Numbered from the stretch's first letter, positions 1 to 9,441 are shown. The stretch: 64,000 nt of DNA from an uncultured Eubacterium sp. (GCA_910584595.1 CAJUBQ010000011.1:17974-81973), one strand, 5' to 3'. Translations and numbers: made by a program. The notes: generated by a model not told the origin, from the letters alone.

Positions 1-2
1 GC

Positions 3-662
3 TTTGACTTTGATAGTCGGGGTCGTGAGATCCCGGAAAAGCATTGGTCGGTTCTGAACTACCCTCATACCGGGAGGATGCTGTTTACTGCAGAAGAAAT
101 GCAGGAGATAGCAGCCGTCCATGAGGAAGCCAATAGGAATAACCGGGGCGGGACACGCAAAAGCCGAAATCGGTCTTTTGAAGAAGGCGAGTTTGGGCGC
201 TGGATCCTGGCAGGGATGAAATCGGCACATACCGTGGAGGACTACAGAAAACACGGGAATACCGTGACAGTGATTGATTATGACCATGACTATTGGCAAA
301 GGCACTGTGTGTCTACGACAGAGGAATTGCTGGATAAGATCAAGGAGCTTTCAGGCCACAGCATTACAGTATCTTTCTGGGACGACCGCCATGTTACCCA
401 TCCGCCCATGCGGCGCAAGGGAACGCCCTTTGATTTCGGCACACTGCCGGAGTTTTATGTGCTGCGGGCAGCGCAGGGGTATTTTGTGAAGCGGAGCAGC
501 CGAAAGATCTGGTTTGCAAGGTTTCAAAAGCCGAAATCACAGATGATTCGGAAGTTCAAGACCGAAAAGGCGGCACAGGACTATTTGGACAGCAATCAAA
601 AATTCTTTTCAGGATACGCATTTGAAATCGAATGCGTACAGAACGGTGGTGTCACAGCATGA
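3..662 (+). CDS. hypothetical protein, possibly 5'-partial
   Basis: The frame is open from nt 3 into the ATG at 78. GGGAGG abuts that ATG with no spacer, so the gene may continue upstream of the window. Stop TGA 660-662 overlaps the next start. No family recognised. Confidence 0.5.
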   Translation, partial: FDFDSRGREIPEKHWSVLNYPHTGRMLFTAEEMQEIAAVHEEANRNNRGGTRKSRNRSFEEGEFGRWILAGMKSAHTVEDYRKHGNTVTVIDYDHDYWQRHCVSTTEELLDKIKELSGHSITVSFWDDRHVTHPPMRRKGTPFDFGTLPEFYVLRAAQGYFVKRSSRKIWFARFQKPKSQMIRKFKTEKAAQDYLDSNQKFFSGYAFEIECVQNGGVTA

Positions 663-1153
663 GGGAGTCAAGGCCAGACCGCTTCCGCCGTGTGGCAGAA
701 GCCCGGGTCAACAAGATTATCAAAATGGTAAGACTGCTTGGAAATTGTTCCAATCTTGCCGTATATGCTTTTACGCAAGAGCAGGTACAGCAGATTTTTG
801 CTACATTGCGGGATGAATTGGACAGAGCGCAGAAGCGATATACCCAGTCTTACAAGAAAAGGTTTTCGCTGTCGGACGAACAGTATGCTTCCCTGCCGAA
901 ATATCCGACCATCGTACTGCCTCTGCCGGATGGAAGCAGTCTTAGGGCAGTTGCAATCGACGATGAGAATTTTCCTGCAATCAATGTTTACTGGGATACA
1001 GAAAAGCCGGAGATTGATGGGCCAATCTGTTTTGCAGAATACAATCCTGAACGCGGTCCCTGCCACGAGGTCTGCATTGGAGCTTACCAGTCTGACAAGG
1101 AAGACACAGTTTATTACAAGCCATATATGGCAGAAAGGGAATCAAATGAGTAA
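659..1153 (+). CDS. hypothetical protein
   Basis: ATG 659 overlaps the upstream stop (ATGA coupling). The track start 632 lies inside the upstream gene. No family recognised. Confidence 0.5.
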   Translation: MRESRPDRFRRVAEARVNKIIKMVRLLGNCSNLAVYAFTQEQVQQIFATLRDELDRAQKRYTQSYKKRFSLSDEQYASLPKYPTIVLPLPDGSSLRAVAIDDENFPAINVYWDTEKPEIDGPICFAEYNPERGPCHEVCIGAYQSDKEDTVYYKPYMAERESNE

Positions 1154-1946
1154 TTACATATACTGCCGCACACTCAAACTGGACTGGAAAGAAGTGTCCA
1201 GACTGATCGCAGAATGTGCAGGCAAAATTTTAAACAGAACGATTCATGGCACAGCGGGTTATGAGGATGATCATTACTGGGGCTTTCAGGTGACCACTGA
1301 TCGTTTTACCATTGCCGAAATAGACAAGCTTATCCGGTTTGTTAATGGGGATGAGGAGATGCAACAAGAAGCAATTCCTCAGGATTCGGATAAATCAGCC
1401 GCAATCGGAGAGAGTTTGTCCCGTGCTCTGTTGGAAAAAGCTTTAAGACTGTCATGGTGCCATGAGAGTACCACGGAATCGACTCTTTGGTTGGTCAACA
1501 TTCGGGAAAAACGACCGGCAGTCTATAAACGGATTGTTGAGATCAGCCCGCATGATATTTGCTTGGATAACCTTAGGAGCAAAAGTGAATTGATTGCTTA
1601 TCTCCACGAAAACGGTCCAACACATTCCACGCTGATGGATTTCTGCGCGGATTACAGGGAGCGGTATCACAACGAACTCTGCTGGAACTATCCAATCTCT
1701 GATGGGCTGCATCTTGGCACGTTTTTCGTTCTCGTAAAGGAGGGCGTTCTGGCTCTTCCTTATGACGATGCGGATAAGGTGGACTATGAGCTGCTTTGTC
1801 TGGATGATGCCAAAATGTGTGACAGAGAATCTATGGAGAATCTCATAACGGAGTGGGATAGCTTCGACCGGGATTTACGCTCCGCCATGCAGGGCATGAG
1901 GGCGTTTTACCGCAGAGAGGAGGAGCAACATGAATCAGAAAATTGA
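1146..1946 (+). CDS. hypothetical protein
   Basis: Track ORF 738-1946 overlaps the previous gene out of frame. I chose the internal ATG 1146, which overlaps that gene's stop (ATGAGTAA). No family recognised. Confidence 0.5.
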   Translation: MSNYIYCRTLKLDWKEVSRLIAECAGKILNRTIHGTAGYEDDHYWGFQVTTDRFTIAEIDKLIRFVNGDEEMQQEAIPQDSDKSAAIGESLSRALLEKALRLSWCHESTTESTLWLVNIREKRPAVYKRIVEISPHDICLDNLRSKSELIAYLHENGPTHSTLMDFCADYRERYHNELCWNYPISDGLHLGTFFVLVKEGVLALPYDDADKVDYELLCLDDAKMCDRESMENLITEWDSFDRDLRSAMQGMRAFYRREEEQHESEN

Positions 1947-2358
1947 CTGGCTCATCCATCTGGTGGCCAACGGCGCCTGTGATGAATGTGGTGAGGTAGA
2001 AACAGACTTTTTGCCCTATATGTGCAATGCTCACACCCACGGGCTGGAACGCTATGGGCACTTGGATTTCCAAATGGTACTTTTTTTGCCGACGGAGGAG
2101 ATTGGACGAATCCTCAATACTTTGGGGCTAAGAGTTCAGTCTGGAGAACGCTTCCGGTCTGGAGATATGGTTTCCGGAATTTATGAAGACTGCGATGTGC
2201 GCTTGGATGAGTATGATGAAACCGGGCGCAAGGTCTTGCGGGTCATCATACCGGATGCGAACAATATCTTCCCAGGGGAAGGAGATTGTATGCTCCCATA
2301 CTGTCTGCAGCTCTTGAAGACAGATGAGCTCTGCGTAGAAAGGGGGATACCATCATGA
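1930..2358 (+). CDS. DUF4262-like protein
   Basis: 142 aa. The core NAHTHGLERYGHLDFQMVL resembles DUF4262 proteins of Firmicute ICEs (recalled, not searched). The start overlaps the upstream gene's end. Confidence 0.4.
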   Translation: MNQKIDWLIHLVANGACDECGEVETDFLPYMCNAHTHGLERYGHLDFQMVLFLPTEEIGRILNTLGLRVQSGERFRSGDMVSGIYEDCDVRLDEYDETGRKVLRVIIPDANNIFPGEGDCMLPYCLQLLKTDELCVERGIPS

Positions 2359-2732
2359 AAATCACGTTGTATCAAATCATCCCGGAACCGGAAAACAGAT
2401 ACTTGATATTCAGCGATTTGAGAAGCATCCGGGCGGCAAGCGGCGGACATGTTCCGGCTGAGATTTACGAAGCAGTATTCAGCGGGGATCTGGACATCGC
2501 CGTGCCCCGGAATGCCAAAAACAAAATGGATCAAGAACTTGCCGAACTGGAAGCGGTATATGTACGTTTTAACGTATCGCATCCGGAAGGCTTCCGTGGA
2601 CGGTCCATGACCATGTCGGATGTAGTCGAGGTCATCCGTTCCGAAAAGGAAAGCAGGTTTTTCTTCTGCGACCGGTTCGGATTTGAGGAGATTGCGTTTG
2701 AAAAGGAAAAAGCTGATTTTGGGCGCCTGTAG
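2355..2732 (+). CDS. YodL-like domain protein
   Basis: MKITLYQI at the N-terminus and HPEGFRGRSMTMSDVVEV...FFCDRFGFEEI fit the YodL-like domain pattern of clostridial conjugative elements. ATGA overlap with the upstream stop. Confidence 0.6.
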   Translation: MKITLYQIIPEPENRYLIFSDLRSIRAASGGHVPAEIYEAVFSGDLDIAVPRNAKNKMDQELAELEAVYVRFNVSHPEGFRGRSMTMSDVVEVIRSEKESRFFFCDRFGFEEIAFEKEKADFGRL

Positions 2733-2752
2733 GGCGCAGAAAGGATACAATC

Positions 2753-2965
2753 ATGAAGAAACTGATATTGAACTATAAAGGGCGCGACAGCTGGGACAGA
2801 CCGGTTTATGAATCGGAAGGCCGACTGTATGTGGATGTGGATCCACGCAAAGGCTGGAAACCGAATATCTGTACGAAGTACAATAATGAGTTTGATGGAG
2901 AGCCGGATACGCCGATTGCCGAAGATACCGTTGTGGAGTTTGTTCCGTGTCGGGATATCTGGTAA
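2753..2965 (+). CDS. small hypothetical protein
   Basis: 70-aa ORF in operon context, same strand, short spacers on both sides. Confidence 0.4.
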   Translation: MKKLILNYKGRDSWDRPVYESEGRLYVDVDPRKGWKPNICTKYNNEFDGEPDTPIAEDTVVEFVPCRDIW

Positions 2966-2978
2966 GCGAGGAGGACGT

Positions 2979-3659
2979 ATGAAAGAATTCATGACAAAAA
3001 TGGTTCCTGTCAATCTGTCAGACCGATTTCCATTCAAATGCAGGATGTGCGGCGCTTGCTGCCGGCATGTCAGGGAAAGTGTGCCGCTGGAGAGTCTGGA
3101 TGCTTTTCGGCTTGCCAAACATCTGAGGGACAAAGGTGAAAATGTGAGCTGTGTGGAAGATGTGCTTGCTGCCTACGCAGAGCCTGTCTTACTTAGTGAA
3201 AACGGGTATACGGTATTTATGCTGAAAACGGTTGGAGCGGATGAAGCGTGCATTTTTCTGAAAGATAATCGGTGTACGATTCATTCTGTTCATCCGCGGG
3301 CGTGCCGTACATATCCCATTGCTGTCGGACCATATGAACTTGGCGGGTATGAACAGTATCTCAGTATGGAGCAGCCACATCACTATTCGGGTCCACAGAT
3401 GTCTGTGAAAAAATGGATTCAAAAACGCTGTAGTAAACAGGATTTTGAATTTTTGAACACGGATATTGGTTCAGCACAGGAGATAGAAAAATTATTGAAG
3501 AAGATTCCTGAGCATAACCGGACAAGGGCCGTGATGATGTTCCTTTTCTACAAGTACTCGGATTACGATCTGGATAAGTCTTTCCTTCCACAGTTTAAAA
3601 GCAATAACGATAAGCTGCTGGAGGTTCTGCGCAAAATGGCGGATGACAAAGATAACTAA
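2979..3659 (+). CDS. YkgJ-family cysteine-cluster (CxxCxxCC) protein
   Basis: ATG 2979 follows GAGGAGGA. Motifs FKCRMCGACC and CIFLKDNRCTIHSVHPRACRTYP are typical of the YkgJ / UPF0153 zinc- or iron-chelating domain. Track start 2808 overlaps the previous gene. Confidence 0.7.
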   Translation: MKEFMTKMVPVNLSDRFPFKCRMCGACCRHVRESVPLESLDAFRLAKHLRDKGENVSCVEDVLAAYAEPVLLSENGYTVFMLKTVGADEACIFLKDNRCTIHSVHPRACRTYPIAVGPYELGGYEQYLSMEQPHHYSGPQMSVKKWIQKRCSKQDFEFLNTDIGSAQEIEKLLKKIPEHNRTRAVMMFLFYKYSDYDLDKSFLPQFKSNNDKLLEVLRKMADDKDN

Positions 3660-3732
3660 ATTTTCAAGTCAGTATGACACAACAACAAGGCGTCGAAATT
3701 CGGCGCCTTAATTATTTTTAGGAGGAAATACC

Positions 3733-4464
3733 ATGGATGAAAGATTAAAAAATATCGTAGACAATTTTGAGGCAATGAAAATCGGTGTGGATGAGCCGTT
3801 TCCATTTCATTGCACCATGTGCGGCAAATGCTGCATCAATCGGGAGGATATCCTTTTGACGCCGCGAGATATCTATAACATGGCAAAGGAGCTTGGGATA
3901 ACGACTAAAGAGCTGTTTGAAACCTATTGTGAGACTTATATTGGCTGCGACTCCCGTGTGCCTATAGTCAGATTGAAGCCTCGTGGCTCCATAAAAAGAT
4001 GCCCGTTGATGAAAGACAGAAAATGCTCTGTCCATAAGGCAAAACCGGCGGTATGCGCTCTGTTTCCGATAGGAAGATGCCTGATGTTTGAAAAGGATTC
4101 AAATCCTTCAGAGAAAATTTCAGCAAGCCAGATACAGTATATTTTTACCAATCCTGGGTGCGGTGATAATGCTGAAACCCATACGGTGCGGGAATGGCTT
4201 GGAGAGTTTGGAATGTCACTGGAGGATGAGTTTTTTGTCAAGTGGCAGCAGGCAATCATGGAATTCGGGCAGTTTTTCCGTGAAGCGGAAAAGACGGCCA
4301 GTGAGCGTATCATGGAGCTGTCATGGACAGCGGCTTTTGTCGGCTTATATCTGCATTATGAAACTGATCAGGAATTTCTGCCGCAGTTTGAAAAGAATGT
4401 CCGGGAAATCACTGCACTGCTGCAGATGGCGCCCATAAAGGAAGGCGGTAGAGCAAATGAATGA
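3733..4464 (+). CDS. YkgJ-family cysteine-cluster protein, paralog of 2979-3659
   Basis: Motifs FHCTMCGKCC and RCPLMKDRKCSVHKAKPAVCALFP. RBS AGGAGGA upstream. Same architecture as the preceding gene. Confidence 0.7.
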   Translation: MDERLKNIVDNFEAMKIGVDEPFPFHCTMCGKCCINREDILLTPRDIYNMAKELGITTKELFETYCETYIGCDSRVPIVRLKPRGSIKRCPLMKDRKCSVHKAKPAVCALFPIGRCLMFEKDSNPSEKISASQIQYIFTNPGCGDNAETHTVREWLGEFGMSLEDEFFVKWQQAIMEFGQFFREAEKTASERIMELSWTAAFVGLYLHYETDQEFLPQFEKNVREITALLQMAPIKEGGRANE

Positions 4465-5122
4465 GGATCGTAACCAGCATCAGGTTATCCGAAAGGATGC
4501 TCGCAACTGCTTTGTGGAGAGCTTAAATGATGCTTTTGAGATTGGGAGGATCCATCTTGCTTTTGCGACCTACGATTTGAGCCGTCCGATTGGACAACGG
4601 CAGACAAACAACATCCATATTTACATTGCGGTGGACGAGTTTCTGGAATTATGCCGCAAGCTGGAAGGTGGGGAACTTCGTTATCTGCTAAAGAATAAGA
4701 AGACAAGCGGGGATAAAACACCGCTTTATCAGTGCCTGGGTGGTACTTCTGCCGAAAAGCTTGCAAAATACGGGCGTTCTCGGGCAGATGGAAAAAGCCT
4801 GTCCAGAACAGCACAGCTATTGGCAGGAAGCAAATCGGATTTCCTGTTTGTAGCGGATAGCGGACCTGGTGAAACAGATCAGAAAGGTTTAATCGTTCCC
4901 AAGTTCGGAAGTAAGCCGGAAAATCATGTGGCAGTCAGTATGACATTTGAAACATTCAGTGAACTGTTGCTTACGACAAGGCTGCACTATTCAGCATGGC
5001 TGGGTGCATGGTATGCAAACCAATATCATCCGGGCAACCAGCGAACAGCACAGGCACAGGAAAACCCACAGTATCAGGAGAAGCAGGGAGAAGCAGAATA
5101 CGCTTCTGATCCAATGTTCTAA
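4457..5122 (+). CDS. hypothetical protein coupled to the YkgJ pair
   Basis: ATG 4457 overlaps the upstream stop by 8 nt. 221 aa with a Q/E-rich tail. No family recognised. Confidence 0.5.
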   Translation: MNEDRNQHQVIRKDARNCFVESLNDAFEIGRIHLAFATYDLSRPIGQRQTNNIHIYIAVDEFLELCRKLEGGELRYLLKNKKTSGDKTPLYQCLGGTSAEKLAKYGRSRADGKSLSRTAQLLAGSKSDFLFVADSGPGETDQKGLIVPKFGSKPENHVAVSMTFETFSELLLTTRLHYSAWLGAWYANQYHPGNQRTAQAQENPQYQEKQGEAEYASDPMF

Positions 5123-5136
5123 AGTAGAATGAAAAA

Positions 5137-5168
5137 GCGGTGCAGTCTGATGATTGCACCGTTTTTTG
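5137..5168 (+). terminator. Rho-independent terminator
   Basis: Stem CGGTGCA / TGCACCG followed by TTTTTT, 15 nt after the stop at 5122. Confidence 0.6.
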
Positions 5169-5363
5169 CGCCTTGAGGGGCCCATTTCAATGGGCTGAAT
5201 CCAAACCGACTGCAAAGATACAGAGCCGGTAAACTTGTGAGTTGAACCATTTGTCGGCGTTGGCACATTTGTGAATGCAAAGAAATTTTATTATAATAAA
5301 CCCTACACTATAACACCATACTTTTTATATATGGTATGCTTAACAGAACGGAGGTGGTTACAA

Positions 5364-6113
5364 ATGAATACATATACTACTTCGGAAGTAGCAAAGATGA
5401 TAGGCATACATCCGAATACTGTACGGCTTTATGAAGAATGGGGACTGATACCAAATGCAGAGCGTAAAGCAAACGGTTATCGTATATTTACCGATTTCCA
5501 TATTGAACAGTTTCGGCTTGCCCGTACCGCATTTCAAATAGAGGTCCTTCAGAACGGACTGAGAAAAAAGATTGTGGAAACGGTTAAGGTTTCAGCAAAG
5601 AAAGACTTTGATCAAGCACTTGTTTTGGCAAATGAATATCTGAGTCAGATACAAAAGGAAGAAAGAAATGCGGAAGAAGCTATTGCTATAACAATGCAGA
5701 TTTTAGAGGGGAAAGCAATATCCGAAACACCGCCGCGTTGCCTGAAACGTAAAGAAGTTTCGGAATATCTGAATATTTCCATGGATACACTCCGAAATTG
5801 GGAACTAAACGGTCTGATGCGAATAAAGCGTAAGCAAAATGGCTATCGCTATTACACAGACGAAGACATAAAGCGATTAAAAATAATAAGATCACTTCGG
5901 TGTGCCAATTATTCATTGGAAGCAATCCTGCGTATGCTCCATGCGCTCTCAGACGACCCTCATACCAATATAAAACGGGTACTTAATACTCCAAAAGACG
6001 ATACGGATATTATATCCGTATGCGACAGACTGATTATCTCATTGCAAAAGGCAGCGGAAAATGCCAAGAAAATGATAGGCATTCTTAATGATATGAAAAG
6101 TATATTTTCCTAA
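5364..6113 (+). CDS. MerR-family regulator with two tandem MerR HTH modules
   Basis: ATG 5364 follows GGAGGTGG. First module: YTTSEVAKMIGIHPNTVRLYEEWGLI...GYRIFT. Second module: LKRKEVSEYLNISMDTLRNWELNGLM...GYRYYT. Confidence 0.75.
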   Translation: MNTYTTSEVAKMIGIHPNTVRLYEEWGLIPNAERKANGYRIFTDFHIEQFRLARTAFQIEVLQNGLRKKIVETVKVSAKKDFDQALVLANEYLSQIQKEERNAEEAIAITMQILEGKAISETPPRCLKRKEVSEYLNISMDTLRNWELNGLMRIKRKQNGYRYYTDEDIKRLKIIRSLRCANYSLEAILRMLHALSDDPHTNIKRVLNTPKDDTDIISVCDRLIISLQKAAENAKKMIGILNDMKSIFS

Positions 6114-6186
6114 CCCTCCACCTTTACACCAACCTTTTTTGAACTGCTAAAATAATGTAGTAAAAACGAAAAAGGAGGACAGGTTG

Positions 6187-6921
6187 ATGGAAGAAATCAT
6201 CAGCGTAAAACAACTTTCAAAATCTTATGGCAGATTGAATGCCGTGCAGGGCCTGGATTTGTCAGTAACACAAGGTTCGGTCTTCGGGTTGCTTGGGGCA
6301 AACGGTGCAGGAAAAAGCACCACAATCGAATGTATGTTAGGCACAAGAAAACCCGATGCAGGTACGGTTTCCATTTTAGGGATGGCCCCACTCCTGCAAA
6401 GAAAACAGCTTTTTGAAAATGTCGGTGTTCAATTCCAGGAAGCGAATTATCAAGATAAAGTGACGGTTTCCGAATTGTGCGAAGTAACACAGTCGCTCTA
6501 TAAGAATGCTGCAGATTATGGGGAACTTCTGAAACAGTTTGGCATCTTTGATAAAGCAAAAAGTATGGTAAAGGAGCTTTCAGGAGGACAGCGGCAAAAG
6601 CTGTTTATTGTTTTGGCTTTGATACCGCAGCCTAAAGTTGTTTTTCTGGACGAGCTGACCACGGGGCTTGACGCAAAAGCCAGACGAGAGGTATGGAAAA
6701 TCTTATCTGACCTCAAAGAAAAAGGACTGACCATTTTTCTGACCTCGCATTTTATGGATGAGGTAGAAGCATTATGCGACACAATCTGCATACTAAAAAA
6801 GGGGAAAGCCGTCTTTTATGGAACAGTAGAAGAAGCCATTGCAGGCAGTCCTTATGACAAATTTGAAGATGCGTACTTATGGTATTCTGACGAGGGGGTA
6901 AGCGAAAATGAGAACATTTAA
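6187..6921 (+). CDS. ABC transporter ATP-binding protein
   Basis: Walker A GANGAGKST, signature LSGGQRQ, Walker B VVFLDE. ATG 6187 lies 7 nt after AAAGGAGGA. Confidence 0.85.
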   Translation: MEEIISVKQLSKSYGRLNAVQGLDLSVTQGSVFGLLGANGAGKSTTIECMLGTRKPDAGTVSILGMAPLLQRKQLFENVGVQFQEANYQDKVTVSELCEVTQSLYKNAADYGELLKQFGIFDKAKSMVKELSGGQRQKLFIVLALIPQPKVVFLDELTTGLDAKARREVWKILSDLKEKGLTIFLTSHFMDEVEALCDTICILKKGKAVFYGTVEEAIAGSPYDKFEDAYLWYSDEGVSENENI

Positions 6922-7651
6922 AACAATGCTGAAAAACGAAATGAAACTGTCCCTGAGGGATATGAACATGGTCATATTTGCAATCTGTATTCCACTCGTG
7001 GTTTTGATTATACTTGGCGTTATTTACGGCGACAAACCAGCTTTTGAAGGTGCAGAGTACACATTTCTCGATCAGTCCTTTGGAGCTTTGTCAACGATTG
7101 CGATTTGTGCAGGCGGCGTTATGGGGTTGCCTCTTGTGGTATCCGATTACCGAAGCAGAAAGATATTGAAACGCTTTAAGGTCACTCCTGTCAGCCCCGT
7201 AATGATTTTAACGGTGCAGGTGGTGATTTACATAATTTATTCCGTTGCATCGCTTGCATTGCTCTATATAGTATCAACGCTCTTTTTTGGCTTCCACCTG
7301 CTTGGTTCTCTGCCTGCTTTCCTTGGCGGATATATATTGGTAATGCTCTCCATATTCAGCATCGGTATGATGGTTGGGGGAATATCTCCCAACTCTCAGA
7401 CAGCGAGCGTAATTGCAAGCCTGCTCTATTTCCCAATGCTTATTTTTTCTGGAGCAACCCTGCCGTATGAGGTAATGCCGAGTGCATTGCAAAAGATAGC
7501 GGATATTCTGCCTTTGACACAGGGGATAAAGATTTTGAAAGCTGCTTCGTTAGGACTTCCGATTGAGAATATTTTTGTTCCTCTTATTGTCATGGCGGTA
7601 CTTGCTGTCATTTGTATCGGTGTGTCCTTTCGTTTTTTCAGATGGGAGTAA
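6908..7651 (+). CDS. ABC-2 type transporter permease
   Basis: Overlaps the ATPase gene's end. Hydrophobic multi-TM protein of ABC-2 permease size. Confidence 0.7.
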   Translation: MRTFKTMLKNEMKLSLRDMNMVIFAICIPLVVLIILGVIYGDKPAFEGAEYTFLDQSFGALSTIAICAGGVMGLPLVVSDYRSRKILKRFKVTPVSPVMILTVQVVIYIIYSVASLALLYIVSTLFFGFHLLGSLPAFLGGYILVMLSIFSIGMMVGGISPNSQTASVIASLLYFPMLIFSGATLPYEVMPSALQKIADILPLTQGIKILKAASLGLPIENIFVPLIVMAVLAVICIGVSFRFFRWE

Positions 7652-7729
7652 CAAGTAATATGGGATGGCTCTTATTCTCTCTTTGTGGGAGCGAAACCGT
7701 ATTAGGATTAGAGAGGACACGATGTCTGC

Positions 7730-8237
7730 AACACGCCGAGCATGTGAAGCGGGCCACCCTTCCCGCCGCCTTCGTCACCCTGAATTTTGACGACGGCGGG
7801 CCGCGCCGGTTCGACTACAACGATTTCAAGGAGAACGAGAAAAGGATTCTCCAACACTTCGGCCATTTCAAGGGCATGGAGTACGAGCCGCGCAGCAAAA
7901 GCAGATCGTGGGCTACGCCAAGACCCGCGACGTTTACGCCGCCTACCGCAAGGACGGGTATAGCCGGAAATTCTATGGGGAGCATGAAACGGAAATCCTG
8001 ATTCATAAGGCCGCCAAAGCTGCCTTTGACGAGCTGGGCCTAAAGAAGCTCCCCACCATCAAGGCCCTGCAAGCGGAGTATGCCGAACTGCTGGCCGGGA
8101 AGAAAAAAGACTATGCGGAATACGTCAAGGCCAAGAAGGATATGCAGGAGATTTTGACGGCCAAGGCCAACGTGGACAGGCTGTTATCCACCGCCCCGAC
8201 CCAGCCGGAAAAAGAGAAGGAACAGGCCCAGCGGTGA
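7730..8237 (+). pseudogene. 3' remnant of an ICE relaxase gene, frameshifted
   Basis: QIVGYAKTRDVYAAYRKDGYSRKFYGEHETEILIHKAAKAAFDELGLKKLPTIKALQAEYAELL matches the C-terminal tail of clostridial ICE relaxases (recalled). The upstream part sits in another frame (switch between about 7860 and 7905) and no catalytic N-terminus is present. GC-richness rises abruptly near 7725. Confidence 0.55.
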
Positions 8238-8456
8238 CGCCGGGCTGTGTGATTTTGGGAAGCGTCCGCAGGACGCGCAGCCGCCCGCAGGGGCGTTTCG
8301 ACAGGGGCGCGCAGCGCACTTGTCCGGGGGATTGGGGGCGAGCCACCAACAAGCAAATTTTTCAGTTTTGAGCGGCAGCGAAAAATTGAAAAATGGCCGT
8401 TATGTTGCACTTCGTTTCCGGCCCTTCGGATAGGCGTGAAAAAAGCGGGGCCGCCG

Positions 8457-8804
8457 TTAGGCGTCCTCCGCTTCCTCAATCCCGATTGCCCCGTCAATGG
8501 TCCCCTCAATCACCAGCAAATACTGTTTCGGGCATAGGCTCAATTTATGGGCCGTCCGCTGCCGCTCCGGGTCGTCCTGCTCCCCGGCCTCCGGGAAAAA
8601 GTATCGTTCCACGGGCAACTTGCATATCTTCACCAGCTGGTAAAAAACCGGAAGGCTGCCGCTGTTCTCAATATTCGCAAGGTAACGAGGGTCGATGTTC
8701 ACCATTTTGGCCAATTCTCTGCGGGATATGTTCAGAACTTGCCGGGCCGCCTTAATGTCGTCGCCCAAGCTGGCAAAGCTCTCTTTCTCTCGCTCTTTTG
8801 GCAT
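8457..8804 (-). CDS. XRE-family HTH transcriptional regulator (ICE type)
   Basis: HTH segment ISRRELAKMVNIDPRYLANIEN. Paralogous to the product of 17944-18387. Confidence 0.75.
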   Translation of the reverse strand: MPKEREKESFASLGDDIKAARQVLNISRRELAKMVNIDPRYLANIENSGSLPVFYQLVKICKLPVERYFFPEAGEQDDPERQRTAHKLSLCPKQYLLVIEGTIDGAIGIEEAEDA

Positions 8805-8979
8805 ATCACATCACCCCTATACATTTTATAATTCATATGATACGCCGGGAGTGATGTAATATGCACTTTAGATACATTGAATAATACATTTCCCATTAAA
8901 ATGCTTTACTTTTTCCGTTTAGGGGATTGACAGGCGAACAAATAGTAGCTAAAATAGAAGGAGAACAAACGGTAGCCAA

Positions 8980-9441
8980 ATGGAAAAGGAGTATATGAAC
9001 ATGTTAAAACTATATTTCGGGAACAGCATTACAATTATAAGTACACTTTTGTTAGGTGCAAATATTGCCTATATGTTATGGGGATATTTAGGTCGGCAGA
9101 CAATTCAAAAATGGGGCATGATTCTTCTTCTCTTTATCTTGCTGCATGGGGCATTTTGGTATTTTGCAAACGTCCGTGATCTATATTCTAACTCTATTAT
9201 ATTTGCCACTGACGGCAGCGTAGAAATGGGGTTATTTTCTGTTAGCAGTATTCAATCTATTGTTTTTTGGGCAGCAAGTGTAATTGTGTGGTTGCTCGGA
9301 ATAGTATCAATCTTTAAGCTGGAATATAGACAACATATCTTTTACATTATTGCTATCGTGAGCCTTGTTCAAATAGCATTTATTGAAGGCTCTCGTATAT
9401 GGCTTTATTGCTCTGCTCCTGCTCATTTTGATTATTTGTAA
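8980..9441 (+). CDS. hypothetical membrane protein
   Basis: Several hydrophobic segments. Alternative starts at 8995 and 9001 sit closer to AAGGAG (8986-8991). Confidence 0.5.
   Translation: MEKEYMNMLKLYFGNSITIISTLLLGANIAYMLWGYLGRQTIQKWGMILLLFILLHGAFWYFANVRDLYSNSIIFATDGSVEMGLFSVSSIQSIVFWAASVIVWLLGIVSIFKLEYRQHIFYIIAIVSLVQIAFIEGSRIWLYCSAPAHFDYL

Noticed and set aside
738-1145. N-terminal 136 codons of track ORF 738-1946
   Set aside because: This part overlaps gene 659-1153 in another frame and has a Cys/Arg-rich, non-protein-like composition. The internal ATG at 1146 is coupled to the upstream stop.
668-3133. Long minus-strand track ORFs (668-1066, 1452-1712, 2181-2750, 2531-3133) opposite the plus-strand operon
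   Set aside because: They lie fully inside better-supported plus-strand genes with RBSs and coupled starts. They have no RBS or recognisable motif, so they are typical antisense shadow ORFs.
8111-8755. Track ORFs 8111-8509(-), 8125-8352(-) and 8393-8755(+) in the GC-rich tract after the relaxase tail
   Set aside because: Their Arg/Pro/Ala/Gly-rich translations are typical of random frames in GC-rich DNA. The last one runs antisense to the well-supported XRE gene.
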